The notes beneath the pieces were generated by a model. It made no database searches, had not been told where the DNA came from, and worked only from the letters and a program-made list of their open reading frames with translations. A stretch of 64,000 bases of DNA. Origin: Dimorphilus gyrociliatus. Its lineage: Eukaryota > Animalia > Annelida. The stretch is from the NCBI GenBank assembly GCA_904063045.1, contig CAJFCJ010000013.1:62001-126000 (forward strand). Direction: 5' to 3'. The translations under genes were made by a program, and so were the position numbers. Of the stretch, positions 52,390 to 64,000 are shown piece by piece. Within the stretch, counting starts at the first letter, position 1, and every line of letters starts with the position of its first letter.

Positions 52390-52861
52390 AAAATTTATTT
52401 ATAGTTAGTTATAAATTAAATATATGCATGAATATTTATAAAATTTAAATAAAGGTCAAATTTTTGAGATAAAAGATTAAAAAAGTTCTTCTCTAGTCTG
52501 AAAAAAAATTGATTTCTTTTTATCGAATTATGCTTCATCCCTACAGTGATTCGGCCTATGAGAAAGATAATCTACAATCATATAAGTTGTTGAAAAAAAT
52601 AAAAAGAGGAATAAGCAAAGAAATAATTGTCGTAAAGTGTATTTTGTTTATAACCTAGTAATATGTCAGTGTATCTTGCCCACATTATCTTTGATATATG
52701 AGGAATACGATAATTTATCGGAGAACTTTTAAAAGAATAAGTGCATAGACTGTTTCCGGCGAGAATGAAAAGCGAGAAGGGAATTATAAGTTAGCATATT
52801 CTTTGTATTCCTATACTATAACTGCATTCTTTATGCACAAAAAGAAAAATATTCATGTATC

Positions 52862-55800
52862 TCATATATGCTTAACATTAATAGTTGGCGTCGACGGTTC
52901 GGCTTCCCTTGTTGTGTTTCTCCTGTACGGTAGCGACGCTGTTTTTCTAACTGATTTCTTAGACTTTTGAGTTTGACCTGGAAGGCTAAAGCACGTCTTT
53001 TTCAAAAACAAACGTGCATTACCAGATGCTGGACGGGCTCCCGGATGAGTTGTAAGATCATTCAAATGTTGGGCGTAGCCACCAGTAAGAACAACAACCT
53101 CCTTTTGATGCTTTTTGGACGGTTTTCCAATAATGAAAGTATGAGATTGTTCAACCTCCAAAGTTTGATAAACTTGTATGTCTTTGCATGACCCGTAGGC
53201 CGCGTGAATTTTTATATTTGCATTTTTAACTAAGTGCTGCAGGTATTGAGTTTTTTGTTTCATCGGCTCGGCCGTTAATCCATCCATGAATGCAACCATA
53301 CCGTATGGAAAGTTATGTTGAGCCAGCCACGAGACGACGACTCTATGCTGCATATCTGGTCTGGCTGTAATGTAGAGTATTAGATAGCCAAGATCCTGCC
53401 ACATGCGTACAACGTCGACCGCTCCGGCTCTAACCTTTGGGTCCTTTCCTCTAATAGAGACGCTAGCAGTAAATGAACCATCTATACTAAAAACAACCGT
53501 TTCCGTTTTGGGTGGTAAAACGGCTAAGCTAAAATCAGCGGTTGTATGGTCCCCTCGCACGGTCATTACAACAGGGTAAATACCAAGCGAGAGACGCTTA
53601 TCTTCTGGAACCTCGTACGTTACTCTACCGCTTGAATCGGTGCGAACCGTATCTAAAAAGCACCATTCACCGTCCGGCGGCGATCTTTGCACATGAATAT
53701 CAACTCTTTCACTAGATAAAGCAACGTCGAGGATACCATACATAAACTTTGCTGTTAGTAATTGCTTCTTATCCTCAGCAATAAGAACATCATTAGCCCT
53801 ATGATTAGGCGCTGTATTATGCAACTTGATCGCAGTTCTCCTTTTAAGCCATTTTTCAGTTGGTTCCTCAGGTTTGTACGATCTTCCTGATAAATGATTG
53901 GCACTCGGATTTCTCCAGTCCGAGTCTGTTTGGCTTAATAGTTGCCTGAGAAGGAATGCAATAGCGTCCATCGACTCCCAGAAAGACGACTGCAGTAAAT
54001 ATGGCAAGGCGGATGGATTTATCTCTTTAAGAGCATCCGGACAGTATAAAACATAATCAATGCGTTTAGTTCCCCACCATTTAGCTGTTACAGCTGTTAA
54101 GTCGGAAACGCTAATTTCAGTTTCGCTGAACAGTCCCATGTGATTTTGTATGGCTTCGGCAACGTGAACACTTTGGCCATTTCCTCTTGGAAAATTTTGA
54201 AATCTCGAAACGTTAATGGGAGATATTAAACGAAATTTTTCGCTAATTAATGGCTCCAAACGGCAAGCACACGGATCCGTTGCGTAGAAAATATTGTAGA
54301 TTTGCTGACAGCTAGGTTTTGGTATGACATCTGTAGTTTATTAAAAGAATTATTATTATATAACGTAAAATAAAGAAATTGCATAATTATAAATATATAC
54401 TATACGTGTATAAATATATATATGTATATATGTATATATATGCTATATATGACTAGTACATATATATATATAAATATACAACGTAGAAGGTGGGGGATAA
54501 TAATTAGAATTAAATGATCATTGGCTAATTTCTAAAGAACATACAATAAGGAAAGAATATTTGAGTAAGAGATAGCTATATGCGGAAAGAAAGAACCAGC
54601 AATTGATTGTATTATGCACTTTAGACAGAATTTTCTAAAGGATGATGCTGGCTCCTCCGTTCTCTATGTTTGCAGTACATTATGTATACTGCATTTATAC
54701 ATATATACAGTACAGGTACCCTATTTTTAGCCACTTGTTTTTTTTTTTTTCCAAAAATGAATTTTTCTTTTTTTTGGCCTAAACAAGATGTTTTAAAGAG
54801 AAGTTAAAATAAGGACAACTCATCTATCTTTAAGTGAGATTTATAAAATCTTTGTTTATCACAATAGAAATAAGAAAATTATTGATTTATGCAAACATTG
54901 ACTAAATTGGTTAATTAAGTAAAAGTAGTAAGTGATAAATATTCAAGAATAATTTTCACAAATTATCTAATACTGTTACAAAATGACTTTCATTTTTACC
55001 ATTCGCAACTTCATTATTCTTATTTTAAAAAATATAGAAAAATCGATTTTAACACCTCATTGATGAAAAGATATATTTTTCTTATCAAGTTTGTATTAAA
55101 TACAGCTTTTATAATTCTCAAGTAAGGATAGATAATTTGTCTTCATTTTAATTTCTGGTAAAAACATCTTGCTTAGGCCAAAGTTGAAAAAAAATTTAAT
55201 TTTCAAAAAAAAAAATGGTGGCCAAAAATAGGGTATCGGTACTGTATATATATATATATTCTATGTATATTAATATATATATATATATAAGTATATAAAA
55301 GAAAATAAGGGAAAAATATGCAATAAATAAATTAAAAGTAATAATAAAACAAAGATTTACATAAATCGAATAAAAGTAAAAAAGAATAAAAGAATTGATA
55401 TCAGGCGAAATGTCTATTGTACGCCAGTTTTCACTTAATATTTATTATTTGTTCTATTCTTTACTATTTCTCTTTCATTTTTAATGACAAAAAAATTAAT
55501 AAGTGTCTCATTACTACACCATTTTGAAATATAAATTCTATAATTAATCTTTTTTCGTAGAAAACTATTTGTTAAAAATACTCTACCATTGTTCTAAAAA
55601 AGAATTCTTTTATTCTTTTTCGTATAAAAATAAATAAATAAAAAAATAAATTATATTAGTAGGCGTTAATTTTTTTTTGCAAAAGTAATTTTTTATGATT
55701 TCTAATAAAAAAATATTTGGTTAATTCTGTTTGTTTGTTTTTTAATTTTTGTGTAGTACCGCGTATTATATTGTGCCTTCCAAGCGTCAGAAGAGATGGA

Positions 55801-58800
55801 TCGAGAAATTGAGGAGTTGAAGCTGTTAGGACCAGAAAAAACGGAAATTTTGTCGAAAAAAATTAAATTTTAGCAAAGAAAATAATTTAAAGCAGCTGAA
55901 ATTTAAAGCAAAAAAAAATAGTTGTTAAAAAAAAGACAATATAAAAAATACGAAAATATTCCAAAAAAATATAGAACATAAAAAATTTCTCCCCAAAACC
56001 AAAGAACAATAAAAAATGCTCCAAAAAAAAAAGTTGTTTAAATAACGTCTTAGAAGAAATAATTTGAAGATTATACTGATATAAGGAAACAATTTCTTAT
56101 TGTAAAATGATCTTTTACAAAAGTATCAATATTTTAAGAAAAAAAATTAAATTTGTTTTTCAAAAAGAAAATTTCTTTTTTTAAAAGATATTCTTTAAAA
56201 AAAGAATAGAAAAATGAAAAATTAATTGAAAAACTGTTTTAACTTACTTTGCCTTTCATCTGTCTTGCAAAGGCGTCTAAAGGCAAGAAGTAGGCCGAGT
56301 GGCGCACCGAACATAAAAAAATCATAAACTTCGAAATTGAATTTTCCGCTTTCTCCTCCATAACTTCCAGTCGATGTTCTCCTCGAAACAGGGCAAGAGG
56401 CTGGATAACGATTTGAACTTCTAGGTGATGCAGGTTTAGTGGAATAAAACTCTTCATCGGAGCATAAATCTGGATTGCTAATTATTTCCTCTTCTTCGCT
56501 GAGTTCATTCAATTGGCTATTGGACAGGAATGGATTATTTTTTATGAGGGCGTCGTAAACCAACAAAGATCCAACACTATCTCCAATAATACAGACCCTT
56601 CCCCTGAATGATACACCTTCTTCGGACTGCAGGAATTCATTATAAACCTGATTACATTTTTTAACCATCTGCAGGACACTTTCAGAATAACTATGTAGTT
56701 TCCCCGTAGCAAAAAGTGGCACGCAGCTAACAGGAATATGATTGGCGGCTAAAATGGCAGCGTCATTGCCAATTCTTGGGACTTGTGGAAATTGGAAAGT
56801 TGGAGAGAGTGTAGAAAGCAGTTCCAACGCTTCGCTACAAATAGGCGGGCACTGAACCAATCGAACAGCAAGCCTTCCAACCATAGCGGGATAATGAGAC
56901 GCTAAAACAGCATCAATTGTTGATCGCAGCGTATTAACATCTGTAGACTTCAGCTCAGATCCACTTTCCACAACGCTACCCCCGTGAGCTACCAGAAATA
57001 ATACAGTCGTTCTGCACGGTTGCTGACTAGAACTTAAAGCTGTTGACGGTCCAGATGCCGTTGTTAATGGAGGATCCTGTTGTAATCGTTTATAGCGTTC
57101 CAATTTCTTATCGAACGATGTAGCTAACTCTCCATCTGCAACATCGGGTATGCTATAGATTTTTTTCCAAAATATTGCATAGTGTTTACTTAAAAATTAA
57201 TAATAAAAAAATACGTTAAAAAATCTGTCCAATAATCAAAAAATTATAAAAAAAAAGAAAAACCAAAAAAAATTAAAATATATGTCAAATTATATAATCA
57301 TCTTCTTTTTACGGTATATAGATATATTTGATGCAATACTTCAAAGATACTGTATCAAATTGATTTATATATAATAAATTAATAAAAGCAATAAATAAAC
57401 AAACATGTACAGTATGTAAATCTAAAGAAATACAAAGATTTAATGTACATATATACAGTATATATATATATATGTACAGTTTATGTACAGTATATATATA
57501 TATATATATATACATATGCATAAAATAAACACATCTATAATTATATCTATACGTCTATTCAACGTTTAGGTCGTTTTTTGTTTTTTGGTTGTTTTTTTTT
57601 TAGTCATTATTATTAGTCTAAATTATTAGTGAAAAACTATATTATTAAAATGTTGAAAAAAGAAAAAAAAAAAACAGTGCATTATTAGATGTTAGTAATT
57701 ATTTTTCCCTCTAAAAAGCGCGAAATTACCAAAGACCCGTTACCAATGGAAACGACTAAACGCTGAATGCCTAGAAGGGATATTTTTTTTAACGATTTCT
57801 CTTTCTAGCAACAAAGAAAGTTAGTACTTAGGTGTGTAAATAAATTTGCATATAATTTGTACATAAATATTATGCAGTGTATTATCACCTTGTTTAGTTT
57901 CGTCGCTGGGGACGATAAATTCCATAGAACTGGATTTGAGCAAACGTTCGCGAGTTACCTCTTCTATAAGAGATGCGAATACAAAAAAAGACATTCTATA
58001 TTAGAATTAAAATAAAAGAGCGCAAAGGAACAAAAGGTAAGGATGGAAAAATTGGAAGGGGTTATTGAAGTGTTCCACAAAAAGGAATTGAAAATGATAT
58101 AAAGATTGCAATTAATATAATTATAATAATAAATTAATGGGCCCGGATAAACGGAGAAGGATAGTTAGCTTGAAGAAAACCAACTAAAAAAAAAGAGCTC
58201 TTTCCAGAATTAATACTAACTAGGCAATCATTTTTTATGGGAAAGTGATAAAGCTTTATTGTAAGTATACCTTGAGCGTCGTAAAATTCGTCTTCGGAAC
58301 TATCGTCTTCAATATGCTCCATTCCTATCGAGCTAATTGCGTCAGCCCATGAATCTCTTTTTTGTACATCTTCATTAACGACAAAAACCGCCTTTGACGA
58401 TGTAGCTTCTATTTCCACTTGTTCGGCTTCCTTTTCTGACTTTATTCCACCATTTTCCGCTTGTTTTGCTAACGCCATCTTCTCGGCAAGAGCCAATTGA
58501 GTTTCCTTTTCCAATCTTCTTATATCATCCATAGTCATTCCATTATATTCATCTTGCCAACACCAAACTTGGCGATGAGCCCTAACCATTGTCTTTCTGA
58601 GAGCCACCTCGTGAATAAACCTCTCAATTTTTGTTTGCATTCCCCAATACTTAAACTCAACCCGGCAAAGCTTGTAAGCACACATGATACGATCACCACA
58701 TTCATTTTTCCAATTATCCGATAGGGGGCCTCGGCCTGTCGTCTTAGAAACGTACAATTTTGGGTCTTCCTCTGGACAATACTCTCCTCCAGAGACCGAA

Positions 58801-59647
58801 TCTCGAACGATATCGATAAAATCTGCTCATTGGTGAATTAATAATCGTATCAATAGAAATCCGCTTAGTGTTTCCCTTAATTATGTTGATGATTAAAACG
58901 GGATAGGATTTTATAGTAATTGGAAGAGTGGGTGAGAGGGAGAATATGAAGAAATATTTGTCATTATTTAAAAATCGATCTCTTTCTACGATATATATAT
59001 TAGTGTTGTACGCGTGTGTGTACGCAGTAAGCAATTAAAGGAATATAATCATGCTCTCAACGAGAGAACCGATCTCTATAAATTGATTTTTGAATCATAT
59101 CACGCTTTCTACTCTCTGTCTTAGTTTATCTTACTATGTCTACTCTCAATATACAAGTAGCGTATAATATTTCAAGGTGAGAAACTGTTTCATCAACATA
59201 ATTAAGTGTAAACGTCATTAACTTACCAACTGTTCTATTACGCAATTCAGACGTTGATAGATTAAATACGTTATTCTGTTCTCCTTTATCTTTTAAATAC
59301 TTTGTTTCAATCTCAATACTGAATTTCTCGACGAAGGGACAACGATAGATTGTTTTTGTGTATGGGTAAGCGTTCCATGCCTCCTCTTCAACTCTTAGAG
59401 CAGACTTTGGTAAAATCGAACGAAACCAAGCTGGCAAATGGGAGCCAACGTGATAGACTTTATGAGTGTATTGACCAGGCCCGCATGGTCCTCCACTCTC
59501 GTTATATGGCTGATTTATAAGTATCTCAACTCCAGATCCAGTTCCAGAACTCTCTTGTCGACTCTTCTTCTGAATCATATACAATTGAGCAATTTGGTAT
59601 TCTTCAACGGTTAGCGGGATGCATATTCGGTACTCCTTGATCAACAT
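52862..59647 (-). CDS. rdgB: Membrane-associated phosphatidylinositol transfer protein (rdgB/PITPNM/Nir): PITP domain, FFAT motif, DDHD and LNS2 domains
   Basis: MLIKEYRICIPLTVEEYQIAQLYMI; MCAYKLCRVEFKYWGMQTKIERFIH; FFAT motif SSEDEFYDAQ; IIGDSVG; FFMFGAPLG; KRIDYVLYCP; LNS2 domain VFSIDGSFTASVS...YITARPDMQ. Confidence 0.95.
54708..55244. mobile_element. 537-bp MITE / foldback element of Tc1/mariner-pogo type, in an rdgB intron
   Basis: TA|CAGTAC...GTACTG|TA ends (TA target duplication). The left arm (caggtaccctatttttagccac...ttggcctaaacaagatgtttt...atctatctttaagtgag) matches the reverse complement of the right arm (ccgataccctatttttggccac...ttggcctaagcaagatgtttt...atctatccttacttgag) over roughly 200 nt. 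No ORF. Confidence 0.85.
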
Positions 59648-59932
59648 CTGTTTATTATTGATAAAAGAGGAATCGTTATATTATCAATTATATAGTTTCT
59701 ATTACTTTCAATTACAATTACGAAGAGCAAGAAATAGTTGGCAAAAACACAACAACACTGACGATAAGCTTGGTGCAAAGAGTAGAGAATTTATAGAGGC
59801 TGCGGGATTGGGATCTCTTGCGGACAATGAGGTAAAAGAAGGTCGCTGAATCAGCGTTAAAAACGTGACGACACGCGTAGGCGGCTAAATTCGTGCCCAG
59901 GCACTGGTTAAGGGAAAGATAGAAGAAGCGTC

Positions 59933-60150
59933 TGACGTCAAGGGCGTTGGCCGTCGAAATTGCCTAAATTGTTGTATCTGCAAATCAAAGATCGGGATGA
60001 TATTTACACATACTTACATTATCGCTTATGTGACCCGGATCAATAGGAAATCACCGCTCAAAAAATGCGGAATATTCAGATATATCTTACGCTACAGAAC
60101 ACGTTGATATGCAGCAATCGTTCTTCTCTCAGTATGATTTAGTGACGTCA
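59933..60150. promoter_or_regulatory. Two perfect CRE palindromes (TGACGTCA) upstream of rdgB
   Basis: TGACGTCA at 59933-59940 and 60143-60150, in the CpG-containing island between the MORN3 stop and the rdgB start. Function is inferred only. Confidence 0.45.
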
Positions 60151-60466
60151 TTTACCGAGCAACGCCCTCTTTCGGCAACATGTTAGAGCTAGGCCTATCG
60201 ATTGACCAAGAATAGGTTATTAATGGTACTGGCTAGATTATATCATGTTTACAGTACAAATGTATGTTTTTACACACAAACTTACAAACATATGAATATA
60301 CTTAAGCGCGTATGTTTGCTAGGTTTGGTTTTTCAATTTTTTTTTATCGGTGTATTTCAATTGAAGAACAAATATGTATACAAGTAAAATGTAGGCTTAC
60401 ATATGGCAGTCGAGAACTGTGTCTCCCCCATCTCTTCCTTTTGTCTATCTTTCGGTTTTTAGGATT

Positions 60467-61320
60467 TTAAATGTCCTTAATTGATAAATCCTCTTCGGCA
60501 TTGTTGAGAATCTGCTGGGAGTTGGCTAGATAGCATTGAGGTAGAGGATACTTTGACGGGTCTGGAGCAGTTTCTCTGCAAAAGTCCTTCATCTCGCCAC
60601 ACTTGGCTGTATCTTCAAACCAAACGCCTTCGTAGACTTGTCCTTTATCTAGGAAATAATACTTTCCGTGCCCGTGTTTCTTATCATCTTGCCATTCTCC
60701 CTCGTAGCGATTCTCATCCGACGTTCTATACATTCCTTGCCCGTGCCTTTTATCATCGTACCATTCCCCTTCGTAAACAGAGCCATCTTCATAATACATT
60801 CTTCCCCAACCGCTTTTACGGCCCATGTACCATTCTCCTTCAAAGTAAGCCTTTGTGCCATAAAAGTAGGTACCATAACCCTATTAGAGAGAAAAATGGA
60901 ATCTTTGGTTACAAGCTTTGTTCGTCGTTATACTCCTTTATAGCATAAAAGGTTACATACGTGCATTTTATCATTCTTCCAGCCTCCAGAATATATTTTC
61001 TCATAGCCTCCGTCTTCTCTTGGTACGCTTAATGTACCGAAACCGTTCCTTTTATCTTCTTTCCAATCTCCGTCATACATATTTTTTGTCGCCTTCCATT
61101 TATAAGTTCCTTTACCTAAATAATAATTCATTCTATTAGTTTTTACCCTATTAAATTTCAGTCTCATTTATCCTTTTATACCGTGACGTTTGTTATTTAA
61201 CCATTCCCCTGTATATTCGTTACCATTAACTGAATATACAGTATTTCGGAAGCCTTTCTTATCTGCTTTATCATTATTTATTTTCCATAATGGTTGTTTG
61301 TCTTTAGGTGGACGAATCAT
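60467..61320 (-). CDS. MORN3: MORN repeat-containing protein 3
   Basis: MIRPPKDKQPLWK...VYSVNGNEYTGEWLNNKRHG; YDGDWKEDKRNGFGTLS; YSGGWKNDKMH; SGWGRMYYEDGSVYEGEW; GQVYEGVWFEDTAKCGEMKDFCRETAPDPSKYPLP, collinear with MORN3. Confidence 0.9.
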
Positions 61321-61726
61321 GATTTTTTTTAAGCTGTCGATATTTAAACTACTTATTTTGTCTATATTATCATTATTATTATATATCGTCTGGTCAATTG
61401 TCCATGACAGTTGTTGCCATAGATACTGCCACCAACGAAATATTCGATAACAACCAGTTTTTATTTACAAAAATAGAATACCGTCTACGATAATAAGTAA
61501 AAATGGCTTCTGTACACTTTCGTTTGTCTACAACTCCATAATGGATTGCTAACATATATTTCCTATTAGGGTCTTATAGATAGGCTGTATTTTTTCTAAT
61601 AAGGTACCGTGGTTGACATCAACTTTTACGGTTCATTAAGGGAAAGGAATCTGAAACAAATTATTCTTAAAAATACAGTAAAAAAACAAAAATACAAGAA
61701 ACTTGAATGAAAATTAATAAATAAAA

Positions 61727-64000
<2,274 letters not shown>

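Overview
AT-rich, gene-dense animal genomic DNA with short introns (many about 55-120 nt) and many (TA)n/(CT)n tracts. The Kv1 protein resembles molluscan/annelid Shaker, which suggests a compact lophotrochozoan genome; the species cannot be determined from this window. I assembled 13 protein-coding genes by hand from the ORFs and splice sites. In order: liprin-alpha (-), with a DUF1647-like gene (+) nested in its last intron; Shaker/Kv1 (+); a tetraspanin (+); a nanos-type gene with a very long C-terminal extension (+); a short FNBP4 (-); a divergent USP22-like deubiquitinase (-); ERK (+); MYRF (-); an H2B-like histone variant with a very long tail (-); a C2H2 zinc-finger gene (+); rdgB/PITPNM (-); MORN3 (-); and SANBR/KIAA1841 (+, runs off the window). 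Highlights: a ~1125-aa Nanos with an internal zinc finger; a 262-aa H2B variant lacking K120 and two acidic-patch glutamates; three phase-matched candidate alternative N-terminal exons for Shaker; an exonic hairpin over the Kv1.1 I400-equivalent codon; two textbook U12 introns in ERK; and a 537-bp TA-flanked MITE. All gene models and family assignments are manual and from memory, with no database search, so they need RNA-seq or homology confirmation.
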